Assembly: GCA_973895155.1 (NCBI GenBank)
Contig: OZ316892.1
Location: forward strand, 25,877,233 to 25,941,232
Direction: 5' to 3'
DNA from: Marsupella aquatica
Taxonomy: Eukaryota; Plantae; Marchantiophyta
DNA length: 64,000 bases
In this document: positions 1 through 12,860 of the stretch, one piece after another
Position numbering within the stretch: position 1 is the first letter of the stretch
Layout of the letters: every line of letters begins with the position of its first letter
The notes under the pieces: model-generated
Seen by the model: the letters and a program-made list of their open reading frames with translations, nothing else
Database searches by the model: none
What the model was told of the DNA's origin: nothing
Program-made: the position numbers and the translations under genes

Positions 1-3000
1 CTCGTCGTGCATTTAAATGAGACACAGTAATCGAATGGACCAGCCCTAGCCTCACCTATTGAAGCCGGGAATGACCTGAAGCTTGATATGCGCATCGACA
101 GACACATAAAAGACACCACCTCACAGTACTCACCAACTAGAAACGATCGCACAGGTACGTATCAGACCTTTCCAAGTGGTCCTATGATGATGAAAATCAT
201 TTCTGATAGATCCTACCTGGCACAGTACGAGGATGGTATTCTATCTAATAATTATTTAAGCTTCGTGGATGTTTATCCTGGAGCTGAAAGTGTTAGCGAC
301 CTTGAAGACACCCCGGACGTCATTTAGTCATGCACTTACGCCAAGGGAAGCACTTGACCTCATATCTCCTCTCCTTCACGATGTGGTCGGATGCCTTCTC
401 GTCTTGGAGGTATTTGACTCACCATTGTTTTTGTCATTCGATAAATCAGGTTCAAGACTGGACCTCTAGCTGTTTGATGCGCATCTTTCTCGTCTCGTAA
501 GCGCTTCTTCTGCTGCCAATTGACTGTATGTGAACTCGGAATTGAATTTCATGTGGCAAATAATCGCAATACTTCGGTTGCATCTTGGACGTAGCCGGGG
601 ACGTAGCACCTGAGGTTCCTACCATTTGAACCAATTTGTTCCTTTGTTCTTCTGTCAAATCGCCTTCGACCCTCAAGATGAATTAAATGAACTCCGTCTA
701 TACTGGTCAGCTGTACTCAAAGGAGACCAGACAGACGCGTCGGGTCATGTCGGCCCTCATCCGCTTTCTCAGCCCTGTCAAGAGCAAGTCGCTATCCGAG
801 GAGTGGACGTTCAATGTTCGGGAGGGAGGGGCGAGCAGCGGGTGACGCGAGGGCGGAAGGGCGCGGCCGCGCGGGCCTGCAGTCAGCCCAGTCCACGAAA
901 TTCCCCGATCAAATCGGAAGGCGAGACAGGGCAAGGGAAGGGTTCTTTCCTTTGCAATCTGCAATTGCAATCTTCTCCAATAGTGCAGACTACATTCGTG
1001 AATCGATTTTCATCGCCATATTTTTCTAAATAGAATTTATGATGATTATTTCTACAATTGCACGTACAGAGATTAGTTTTAGGCTTGTCGCTAACAAAGT
1101 TGTCCTGGTCACTCTCTCTGCAATAGTAAACTTGTGACTTTCTGTCTTGATGGCCTAACCTGCTGAACGTGATCTTCCGACAGATAGAGTGTACAGTCTT
1201 CACTCGAAACGATCCACGGGCGACACATTCAATTCCGCAGGTAATCTTTTGTCTGCGCCTCGAATTTTAATCTACAGATGGTGTCACTGAAGTACAAATG
1301 AATGCTCCTCTCTCCCTAGATAAATGCAAATTGAAAACTCTCCCATATGTGTCGAGAGTTCACTAGAATCCTTACAGATGGGAGATTAAAACGTCGCATT
1401 TTTCTCTTCCAGTTCTAGTGTAAAAGTTGAAGACGACACTCTGGACTTCGTGGTAAGATTTCGATCCATGAGGCGCAATAGGTCTCGCTGTGAGTTCTAG
1501 GGCATGTCAATCGCAAATCCATAGGTTTACCCTTTGGAATCCTGACCGATCTTGAAGAATTCTGTCAGTACATATTCTCTATTAGAAGTTCGATTTCGAT
1601 GAGGTCTCCGATCATATGCCAGCGAGCAATATTAGTTTACGTAGACTAAATCCGGCCCATCGGTCAATGCAATGCGTTCTTTCCGTGTAACTATATCCAA
1701 GCTGTCCATGGCACCACTGTAATCGCACATAAAAGTACAACATTAATCACAGAATACATATCCGAAATCGCACAATGGATGTAGAAACACAGAATTGATT
1801 TCTTCCGCCCCTCCTTCTACGTGCACTTACCGGAACTCAAGGCTTTTCCATGTTCTGATCAGTGGATTAGACTGTACTCTTAGAAAAGTCGTTTCATTAG
1901 GTAACAATCAAAGAGTCACATTCTTTCTGAGCAATTTTCGACACAAACTTCTACACCATCACACCTCAAAATTTATCGACACGGCAAGAGGATCCTGGTC
2001 AGTGAGAATGTCCTTTTGGTACAAGTGCCAACCACTTCATCCCTCGCTATCCTCGGTCAGATTGATGTGACGACCTATTATTTCTGTTCTTTCACTGATT
2101 TAATGTAATTATTTGGAGTGACTCGTCTTCTTAGTCAGATATTATTCCAATATCAGATTCGTGATGAGACTCGCGCTTTCTGTCCGATAGATGTGTAGTA
2201 GAAAACTATAGCTGTTTTTCTTCTCATGCCGAGATTCCGCTTTGATTGGACACGTTTAACCTTAGCAGGGTTTATACATTGATCCGAAAGAGATCTTTCT
2301 ATGGAGCGTATAAATTATAACCAATTATCCCTTCATTCCGCATCCTTGCAAGAAACTTTGTACACTTCTTACGAGACATTCTTAGTAACTGATCGTTGCG
2401 GCTGTTTGACGAAACATCTAACTGCAGGGTTACAATGTTATTAAAATCCAAACCATGGACTCTGGCGAGCACATTGTTCCTTTTCCTTTCCATCGACGGA
2501 GCCGAGTATTTCTGACGTGAACAAAATATTTTTTCATAATTTCTTATGGACATATTTCAATCCTATCTTAACCTAGGCGTAAGCTATTTGCACGCCAGGA
2601 TTAGTCGGATTTTAATGGCAACTGCAATCTTCTTTCAACTTCTCTCGAATCTTATAGCCATATTCTCTTGCATGGCCACCAAACTATATGAGTGAATGGA
2701 CTGAATAACATACAGTGGACTTCGACTGACGGTACTACCATGCTTTGGACATTAAGATTTTCAAATTCTGCTACCAGACCTTTTCTGAACATTCCGTTCT
2801 GTTGATTTAGGTGTGCGAAGGGGCAGATTGACTCTCCAGGTGCACCGCTGTGCAAAAGGAGTAATTATGCAGACACTACGTTTATTAGGTGCATTGTCAA
2901 GGTGCGAGTCGGGACGGTCTTCAGACGCGTAGGAGGCTGGCATGTACCTCCCAACATCTTCCAACTTACGAACGTAGTCTGAAATCAAATCCCGACATCA

Positions 3001-3047
3001 AGTAACGTACTGTGTCGGGTGAAAATGATCACAAAGGTTGTACGCTG

Positions 3048-3182
3048 AAGCCGATTTCCTCATCCTTCAACGTAATTGGACAATTCAGGAAGATAACAAG
3101 ATTCCGCTATGCAGACGTGTGCTCTCAAGCCGATTTCCTCATCCTGTAACGTAATTGGACAACTCAGGAAGATAACAAGATT
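3048..3182. repeat. Two ~56-bp direct repeats (period 79 bp)
   Basis: aagccgatttcctcatcct..aacgtaattggacaa(t/c)tcaggaagataacaagatt at 3048-3103 and 3127-3182. Confidence 0.85.
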
Positions 3183-4020
3183 ACTCCATGAAGAGAAGGC
3201 GTTTCACGGTAGGTTAGTTGATATCGAGATTTGGGGTTCAAACAGATTCTTGGGACAACTTAATTTGCTTGTCTGCTGTCCAACGCTGAAGGTCGCGGTG
3301 ATAACACATGTGCAGAGTTGAAGGTGCCTGGAGCATTGTTACCAGTCGATGGTACTAGTTCTGTGGCAGCTAGGAAATGCAATCATCCAGGATGTGTTTC
3401 AGATAGCTGGCGCCATCTTCCGAGCTCTGTATTTGCTAATCGGTATAACTTTAGGATTTTGTACTGTTTAGGTTGTTCAGTGATTCTTCTTGTCTTTTGG
3501 TTAGCGGGTGCCATCATCCGGGCTCTGTGGTGCATAGCAGTTGCAACCTTTAGAACATTATTGTGGCTAGGTTTTGCCTTCATTCGGACAGTATTTGGGC
3601 TAGTTTCTGTTATAATTCGCGCACTTGCATCGACTAACAGATAGGGTTTTAACGTCCAGCCACTCGGAGCCCACTCCGTTCGTCAATCACCTTCACGATA
3701 AGATAACCTGAAGTATCCATCAACAAGACTTCGCCTTCACTTGCTTGAGGAGAACCAACTTGGGCTATGCAGTTTAGATTCGGGCCGCCGCCAAACAATA
3801 GCCGGAGCTTGAAGGCCCAGGATCAAGAGCAAGCAGGGATTTTAGCGAATGAAAGAGAACAGGCATCGCTAACCTTCAGGTGCAGATATAAGTTCTTGAT
3901 GATGGACGTGATTGAAGCACATTCTGAAGCTTCCTAAGGGCTAAATGCCGGTCTGGCGTCCAGGGCCGCATTGCCTTGAGTTTGCTCGTTGAACTCACGT
4001 CAAAGCTCACCAGGTACTAC

Positions 4021-4554
4021 ATGGAAGCTATCACGAAAGCTGGTTCTATGGTACACGGAAGGAGAAACAAGAGGAAGATGCAAAAGATGGACGAGAGCGT
4101 GTGGAGTGGGCTCCCAGAGCAGCTGTTCATACCTATCCTGGCACAGCTACCGCTCAGCAGTCTCTTCGAACTCCGATCCGTCTGTAAGCGCTGGAACGCC
4201 ATTTTATCCGATCCGCGTTTCCTGCAGACATGTGTCCGCGCGGCAGCGGAACAATCTGCGTCCAAATCGAGAGCCACGGCGGCGGCGGCCACCATCCACT
4301 CCGGTTCCACCTCCTCGTCCGGATCGTTGTCCTCGGTGTCGTCTCCAGGAGAGAACGTGCTCATGGACATCTCTTCGCTAGACCGAGCCCATCGCGAGGC
4401 GCGCCGACGCCAGCATTACTATTGCATGAAGTTCGCGCAGACTTCTACTGCGGCTTCTTCCTACCGCCTGTACATGTCGCTCGCGAAGGAGTACTACCGG
4501 CGCTGCTTGAGAGACTGGACCGCCAGGCTCAAGCTCATGCTTTCCCAACATTAA
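4021..4554 (+). CDS. Small intronless F-box domain protein
   Basis: ORF from ATG 4021 contains a canonical F-box: VWSGLPEQLFIPILAQLPLSSLFELRSVCKRWNAILSDPRF. No recognisable C-terminal substrate-binding repeat. Confidence 0.8.
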   Translation: MEAITKAGSMVHGRRNKRKMQKMDESVWSGLPEQLFIPILAQLPLSSLFELRSVCKRWNAILSDPRFLQTCVRAAAEQSASKSRATAAAATIHSGSTSSSGSLSSVSSPGENVLMDISSLDRAHREARRRQHYYCMKFAQTSTAASSYRLYMSLAKEYYRRCLRDWTARLKLMLSQH

Positions 4555-5829
4555 TCATATGCTGATTAATAACAGCATATCAGGAACGAATCCAGCACCC
4601 AGCTTTGGGGTTGCTTCTCCTCACCTTACTGGTGAGATGCTTGCTAGCCACGCTTATGCGTTGAAAACCGGTCTTTCACATTGCGGTCGACTTCAAGAAC
4701 GGAGAATTCGCTTGCACAGCAATCATAAGGCAACGCCGCAAACTCATATTCAATGGCGACCATTGCTTGTTCGACACCACTGAACTGGTATCCCATTGTT
4801 GCCGATGAAAAAGCCGGAGACTACTACTAACGCGAAGGCAGAGAATAAAATCAACAGACCTGACGCAACAGGCAGGTATAATCAAGCCAGCTAAGAGGTT
4901 GCTTGTGATTGCCCGCAATTTATTTTAATTCAAGAAGTCAGTGTGATGCCCCTGTGTCACACTGCTCAGACACCGTTTCATACGACCGCTTGTCCGTATT
5001 GGGCTTCCAGTTGAACGCTACCACAATCATGCAAAACTTTCACCCTCCAGCCGATTAGAGTTCGCCTCCTCTAATTCCTCAGTGTGACAAAGCAGTCAGA
5101 AAAACTCAGACTGCGCATCGAGACGTGTTACACTTTTCACAGCCACGATCCACACGGAAGGCATTCAACGAGCGGCAACTGTCTGTTCTCTTCTAGCTTG
5201 AACAAGAGAAAGAGGATGAGGGTAATTGAATCTCTTTCATGGAATTCTACATACAGAAGCAGAGCAAGCCGTTTCCCGTGTTCGACACACTGAGCTTGCA
5301 CTGGAAGCGGGTGCTAGTAAGCGGATTTCTAAGAGGATGAATGACCTTGAAACAAGATCTCGAGAGAGCGAAGCTTTGACTCTGCAGCGGTGCCCAACAC
5401 ATCGGACTTCAAACTTCTCGCTCGGTGTGAACAGGGTAACTATTGATGAGCCTGCCCTTGGATTGACGTCTATTCCCATGTATATGTCTTTGCAGCGTTG
5501 TGGATGGTGCTCAGCTTTTACAGACCAGAGGCTTAACTGATCGCCATGCTACGCTGGTAATACTAAGCTCACGGCTCATTGCGAAGCTCATCCTTTGACA
5601 AAGCTCCTCGTATATTTGATAGTCTTCAACAAGTTGTAACTCGTGATTTCATCATCGGAGAATTTCATCCAAAAGTTCTTTTCATCCGTATGACAGGATG
5701 CGAGTGTCGAAAGCCTTCGGAACGTTTACGACTGACTTTTCATTCATGTCCTGTATAACAGTCGTACCTGCTAGAAGTGAACAATACTCATGACCTACTA
5801 TGATATCCAAGTACTTGCAAACACAATAT

Positions 5830-5966
5830 GCAGTATCGAAGAGTCAATTGGACTCTATTCTTCATGTTTGAGTGCAAATTCGCAATGTCAGGGATTGACA
5901 ATCTGCAGTATCAATGAATCAGGTGGACTCAATTCTTCATGTTTACGAGTAAATTCGCAATGTCAG
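5830..5966. repeat. Two ~62-bp imperfect direct repeats
   Basis: gcagtatc..ga.tca..tggactc.attcttcatgttt....aaattcgcaatgtcag occurs twice with a ~75-bp period. Confidence 0.7.
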
Positions 5967-7288
5967 CGAGTCAATCGAATCCCAATTCTTCATGATAGTA
6001 AACGACTCAATTCGACTTTATGCTCTATGAATAGTTGCATCAGTCCTGGAAGTGCGTTGTCACTCGTCCCTGAGCACTCTCTGCACAAAAGATATGTCCC
6101 TCCTTTGAGGTGTTTGCATTTCCAGCTATTTCTCCTTCACTACTGTAGGCATTTGACTGCACAGGCCCAAATTTTCAAATATATGGTATAGTCTTATCTA
6201 TGTAAGACATGTACATCATGTGTTGAGATATTTCATGCAGGAACCGTGGATGATCCCTGTTCGTCACCACAATGTTCTCACATCTCTCTCTTGTTTCTTT
6301 TAACGTCCATGGGGATTTAAAAGTGATTGCGATATCCTATGGTCGTTTCATTACAAGATTTTGCTGCACAGGAAAAAGAGCAACTCAAATCTGTCATCAT
6401 AGGGTCGTTTTATTAAAAAGTCAAATACCTACTTCCCTGAGAACAGATCACAACCTCGGGAATTGTCCAAGCACGCTCGTTGGTTCGCAACCCGGCGACA
6501 GTGGCATAGTTTTCTCATTTCCGATCAGTTGAAATTTGTGTTGTAAGCAGAGCCTCAACTGTAAGCAGAGCCTCAACGCATCTCCCGTGGAAAATCTGTC
6601 GAGCAATTCATGAAATGTCATCAGCAGATTGACTCCAGTAATTTCTGTTCTTGCTGATGGTACAATGGGATAGTTTGAGTGGGTATACAAAAGTCGAGTT
6701 TAATGCATGTCAGTCAACATAGACAGTAAAGCCAATGAAACACCCAGACATATGATTATAGACGTACTTCGTCAATATCTGCTCATTTTCGCTAAAGAGC
6801 CTAGACAAGATCAGAACGTCTGGTAGAAGATGATTTCGTTTACTTACCGCAAGGATCTCATTACCAAGCATTTCGCCAGTTGGCACTGAATGAGTCCTTC
6901 TCAGTTCTATGATAAAAAAAGGCGAAAGGCACCCAGCCAAGAAGGTATGACTGTAATCAACAGATCGACACTTCACATTGGGATGAGATGTCGAGCTGGC
7001 TGAGTACGGGATACCTCATACCACCATATGATTCTTCTTTCCATCGATGTGAGAGAACAATTCCTACAAGCCTCATCCTGCCATCAAATTACCAGTACTG
7101 TTTAGCTTCCTGTCGACTGATATAGGTCCTCAAACGTGAAGCACATCAACGGAACTGAAAGCGAAAACCATTCAATCCCAAGAAATCTCTACCATGAAAC
7201 AAACGACCATAGAATAGGGGGAAAAATCAATCAAATCAAACAGCTGTCCATCAAAATCTGGCATTTGACTGTCCTTCAGGCACTAAAC

Positions 7289-9170
7289 TCAACAAAAACC
7301 GATCCTTTCAATACCTTGACAAGAAATTCGGGTACTTCCATTACCGGGCTTCAAAAAGGGCGACGAATTTTGTTGATCCTTTTCCTTTCTCGTATTGGGC
7401 TCGCTGGGAAAATCGGCCCCCTTCTGACCAACCAACATTGTCGGCTGCCCATACTTCTCTTGAATAACTGGCGTCCAATCATTCTCCTCCAGCCAGTCCC
7501 CATAGATCGTAGATATTCCAATCGTTGGTCCCTTCCAAACTGCTGAAGACTTTGAGCCCATCCCAGAGTTGGGCCTGGGCGTTTGCTGCAGAAGATGACC
7601 ACTAGTCTGCCGCATCGTTCCAGCTTGAGGATAAGTGTCAGGATAGGATGGTATACCCTCGTCTCCATCACCAAAGTTGTTCCCAGATGAGTTTACTCCA
7701 AATCTTGAGTCCATTTGTGATGGAGCACCACCTTCCAAACTGGAAGGATCAATTGGACCACCTCCATACCTTTGCAACTCTGCACGAACGAAAACAAAGA
7801 CAAAAACGATTCAAATCTAAAGGAAAAAACATATTTGGACATCAATGTGTAATTGACCCACATCAGAAAAAAAATTGGATAATCTCGTGAACAAGACACA
7901 GAAAGGTATGAACTTCACCTGCAGTGCCATGGGCAAAATGACATTTTTCTCCAAATGGACAATTCCCGGTAGTCTCCCACTTGTTGCATAATCGGGTCTT
8001 CCAATTAGGTGGTCGTTGGTTCAGTGTACCTCCTGCCCCTGCTACACCTCCTACTGATGGTGCAGGAGCAGGCCCACTTCCTGAGCCGCCGACGTTGGCA
8101 ACGACGGTAACAACGACGCTTTCTCGACCAGACTTGGATGCCACCTGTGGATTCGGCTCGTCATGGAGGAAATTGCACCGATCTCCATATGGGCAACCCA
8201 TCTCGCTAAAGTATTTCTTGCACGGGCGGGTCTTGTGAAATCTTTGTAAATCGAGGAGAGCTTGACTGGTGCCCTGACTGGGACCTTGATTAGGACCTTG
8301 ACTGGGACCTTGATTGGAACCTTGACTGGGACCTTGACTGGGACCTTGATTGGGGCCTTGAGTAGGACCGGGTGTGTTACTCTGAGCCACACTAGCGTTA
8401 GGACCTCCAGGTGATACTCCGTTCCCTCCTCGATTTCCTACACTGGCACTTCCACCACCATTTCCTCCCCCTGCACCTCCTCCCCCAACACCAACACCAA
8501 CACCAACACCGCCCTCTACAGCACCTGCAGCATCCTCCCATCCTGGGGGGGGTCTACGAAGCTCTTCCATGCCGTGGGCGAAATTGCAATTCGTGTTATA
8601 TGGACAATTCCCGCTACGGAATCTGCTGCACAGCTTGGTTTTGTAGAAGATACTCCCCATTCCTCTTCCTCTCGGTATTCCTTGTCCCTGTGAAGACTGG
8701 TCTCCAGTTGGTGTTCCTGGAGGAAGAGGGGGAGGAGGAGGGCCTGGTGGAAACCCCGAATTTGGGCCCCCGGGTGGAAATTTGTTCTTCACATTAGAGC
8801 TTCCTCCCTGACCACCAGCAGGGCCAAATCCACTCCTGGGCTCAGAAGCACCTGGAGTGAACCCTCCCATTGCTGATTCGCTGTTGAAATTGCCGGAACC
8901 GGAGCCATATCCATCTCCGCTGCCTCCTCCTCCTCCTCCTCCTCCTCCATTTATGTTTCGCATCCGTTTAGGAGGAGGTTCTACATTTGAAGCAGCGGAA
9001 CCGGAAGCCCGGTTTTGACCTCCTCCTCCTCCCCCCCATCCCTGCTGTTGCTGCTGCTGCTGCTGTTTCTCTGCTGACCATTCTTCTGCCTCCCCTGCAC
9101 CCCCGCCTGAATCCCATAACCCCGCTCCATCAACCGCTCCTCCCAACTCCGCTGCTGCGGTTGTGTCCAT
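7289..9170 (-). CDS. Triple CCCH zinc-finger protein (TTP/Tis11-like KTxLC fingers), 2 exons
   Basis: Exon 1 9170-7919 has three C-x8-C-x5-C-x3-H fingers ([25 protein letters not shown]; [25 protein letters not shown]; [26 protein letters not shown]). The GT..AG intron 7918-7780 joins in frame ([10 protein letters not shown]) to exon 2 7779-7289, which contains [17 protein letters not shown]. Confidence 0.92.
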
Positions 9171-10172
9171 CTCTCACTCCTTCTTTGACGACCGTCTTCC
9201 GTTGCTTCCCTCTGAGAATGTGCTCCTCCCCAAGTGCTTTCTCTTTCTGAAGGACTCCACCAATCGACCTTGCACTACTACGTCCACGCACTCTTGAAAC
9301 TTTTCATCAAGATTAGGTCTTATAAAATGCAGTCAATCCATATTTCAGTCACTCTTCAACCTCTCAGGGTTTTCTATCATCTAGTAACATCACGAGAGAC
9401 ACCACACAGCGAACATTCCTTAGCCTGGTCAGTTCTGTCACCGGCAGTGCCCTCTCATCAAGACCATCAGCTCCGCATTCGCACATACCAACGAACACAA
9501 CAGGACAGAAACAGCAGAATTCTCCCCTCCACCTCTGTGCACCAGGAACGGCATGAACTCTATGAGTCTTTCATCCTCGAATTCGTCACTTCATCTATTC
9601 ATCGGGTGCAAGGATTCATCGTCTAGCCCATTGATAGCAATCCTCCCACCATGCGTGATATAAACTCGACGTAATCATTCCTCCCGACTCCAGAGGTGTC
9701 GAGCGTTATCGAGATGTCGTCGAGGAGAGTTTTGTTGTCATCCCTTGCAATGTTTGACTGCTGTAGTTGCTTTCGTCGACATTTTCTCCACTTCCGTTCC
9801 ATAATAACTAAGGAACCACAATGATGAGATTAGGGGTCTCAAATGTCAAAATCTTGATGTACCTTGGTGATATATTAGGGCTCGAACTTTAAAATTTGAT
9901 GTACCTTAACTCCCTAGTTATGGACATAAAAAGTCACGGATTACAATAGTCATGGTCCAAAATTATTGTCATGGACCTTAACTTCCTAGTTATGGACATA
10001 AAAAGTCACTTACTACAATATTCATGGTCATAAGGATTGGTTTTAAGCCATTACCATTAGTCATTGTAGAGGCTGGTGAAAGAAAAAAAATGAAAAAAAC
10101 TTGTACATAATCTTGTGAACAAAGTTATAATCATTTCTTTAGGACCAAATGCAACAAATTAGTTTGTGTACC

Positions 10173-11312
10173 CCTTTTATGCCAACACTCAAATATGCAA
10201 ATTTAGAGAAAACAACCCACATACCGTGCCATCAACAAGATCAGTGCCCGAGATAAACAGCCTCCCTCTATTTACCCCTTCAATCTGTGATCACCAAAGT
10301 GATGCATCAACTCAACATAAGACAAGAATAAGTCCAGGGTAACTTCACAACCGACCACATCAGATTAAAGGCCGCAAGAATAGATTTAATCTAAACCTGA
10401 GGTGTGCCACGAGATGACCATCTCCTCCCAGTCCTTCGGTACATGACGACTAATATCCCAAAAACAACCACAAATATTTCTATATAGGCAGTTCTAAAAG
10501 AACAACTGACAACCCTTTGCAACAGTGAGTCCAATTGGCAGTGGACGATGGGGTGTACGAGTGGCCAGCACCCCCACTTTCTTGCTGTCTAGCCTTAGTA
10601 CGTGTACCTAAAGGCCATTCTAACCCAAAATTAGTGTAAAGCTCCTACCAATCTGGAAGAAAAATAATAATAATATTAATACAAAGAAATCTCTTACGTT
10701 AACAATTAAAAACCTTCTTAGCGTTATCATACCGTCACACGTCACTCATAAGTCGGAGCTCATCTACATCAGGAACAACATCAATCAAGCTCGAAAAAGG
10801 TCGTTATACAGTTGAATTTTACTATCTACTTTGATGATTGAGAATTACACACCTTTGCTTTGAAATCACTGTGAGCAAGATTTTTCCACAACCTTGGCAA
10901 GTCGGTGTTGGCGTTATACACATAGAGCAGCCAGCAGTGAGAGTACTCCATTAAGCCCTCAAAAGCTTCTGCAGGCACTCCTCCTGGAGTCAGCTCTAAG
11001 CATGCCCTAGCCTGGGTCACAAGCAAAAGGCTGTCTTGGAGTTCCATTTCTGAAGGGTGTCCAAGATTTCACAGGAGAAAGTACCCAGATTAGATGCATG
11101 ACAGTTTCGTGTGAACGAGAGATTGACGTTCTAAATTATTGTCAATTATTTCGATAGAGTGCAGCAATGCTAGATAATATATCTTACCTTGTAGAAAAAC
11201 ATGAGCGAACCGTGCCGATTGGGGTCACGGGATATGCTGTCACACTTGCATTCTCACAGTTGTCGCCCACCAGTGCATCCCTCAACTCCTGCATTCAGCA
11301 TCACCCACTGTC
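10173..11312 (-). pseudogene. 1.14-kb duplicated fragment of the neighbouring TrmO-like gene (exons 2-5 with introns)
   Basis: Near-identical, same-orientation copy of 19140-20283. Extra A at ~11025 (gcaaaagg vs gcaaagg) shifts the frame, the exon-4 donor is changed GT>GG (aaccctttgc vs aaacctttgc), and there is no start or stop exon. Confidence 0.9.
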
Positions 11313-11387
11313 AAATGTACTACCTTTGGGTGGGTGAGGAGAGGGGGGATTGGTTTCCTACATAAATGATGAAGGGCATATGGGATA

Positions 11388-11675
11388 CTCGAGGGGTTAA
11401 CTAAGTGTATATTTTGGGGTACCACGTGTAATCCTAACCTAATATAAATAGACCTATTTTATAAAAAAAATATTCCAAAAATATTCTCTATTTTTAATGT
11501 TAATAATTTATTGCTATTTTATAAAAGGTATATATTAAAGAATATTCTATAAGCATGAGTTTATAATACCTTCTTTTGTCTCCTATGCTTTTTAAAAATT
11601 TAGTTAATTTTTACCAAAAATATTTATTTTGGATCGCACGTGGTTCCTAAAAATTTTGATAGTCAACCCCCCGAG
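11388..11675. mobile_element. MITE (~290 bp) with ~38-bp imperfect TIRs and probable 8-bp TSD
   Basis: Left ctcgaggggttaacta..ttttggggtaccacgtg matches the reverse complement of the right end (ctcggggggttgactatc..tttttaggaaccacgtg). Flanks are atgggata / atgggatc; interior is AT-rich. Confidence 0.75.
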
Positions 11676-12557
11676 ATGGGATCTCCAATGAAGTATAAAG
11701 GTCCCACCCCTTATTGATTGAATGAAGTGCACTAAATAGTAGTGGTGAGATCCCAAAACATGCTCCTATGTCCTATGGGTAAGGTAATGAAGAATAACAC
11801 AACCAAATTCCCAAGTATATATATAAGGATGTATGGAAATTTTCAAATTGTTAGTGGCAAGATGTGAGTGATGAGAAACTGCAATCCGCTAGCAAATTAC
11901 CTTAAAGTTCACCACATTATGTGATTCGTCAGACTGAACAAACAAATGAACAATCAAACAAAAGTAGGACAAAAGTAGGGTTTCTTTTTGCTCACTTCTT
12001 TTGCGTTTGGTTTTGTCCACTTGGGACCTCTCTTGTTTATTCTTTTGTACTCTATTTGGCCTTTTTCTATATAAAGTATGTGTATATTCTCACACTAAAC
12101 CTCACATTATATGTGTCACTTGTATGAAATCCATTCCATTAAACCCTAACACTTGAACTGATGGCAAGTACCTTGAGCACTATTTGTTTTTCTATGGCCT
12201 AGAATTATTTAGTTTGTGGGATTTTTTGTGACACTTGGCCAAAACCCATGCACTCACCAACCCTCCCCTATGGCCCACACCCACACACAGGGACTTGAGA
12301 CAGAAGCCAGTTGGCTCCTAGTCCCAATCTCCCAGCCACCTGAGCTAGATCAGTGGGTAGATTTGGGTCCAGGTAAGTGCACATCAAAATATGATATACA
12401 TGGTGTACAACATCCTTGCATACCATGATAAATTTCATTATGTTCTATAAATCAATGTGCGATATCATTCCATACCATGATGAACCTCACTATTGTTTTT
12501 TTAATCAATGAGTGCACACCATATATTACCACAATTTGATGGGTGATTAGAGGGTAG

Positions 12558-12638
12558 ATTTTTGCAATTAGTCTACACAACAGAGGAGACCTGTGTGATT
12601 TTTGCGATTAGTCTACACAACAGAGGAGACCTGTGTGT
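12558..12638. repeat. Tandem duplication, 2 x ~40 bp
   Basis: tttttgc(a/g)attagtctacacaacagaggagacctgtgtg repeated. Confidence 0.85.
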
Positions 12639-12860
12639 GATTACCGACAGGGGTATATTTTTGTGGTCTCTACAGGTGCAAGTCTTTAAGAAATGTATTA
12701 TAAACTCATTGATTCTTTGATGGGGAATCCTCGTTGTCGCCTGCAACTGCTGTTACTGTAGGAGATTTAAACCCTTACATTCTTTTGGATGAATCTCCAC
12801 AAGTGGTTGTAGTGATTTTGATTCTAAACATGCACTATCCTGGATGGTTTCTTTGTGCAG

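Noticed and set aside
8271-8370. 12-bp repeats (GPSQ/GPNQ) and GGA/CAG runs
   Set aside because: Low-complexity linkers inside the CCCH coding exon
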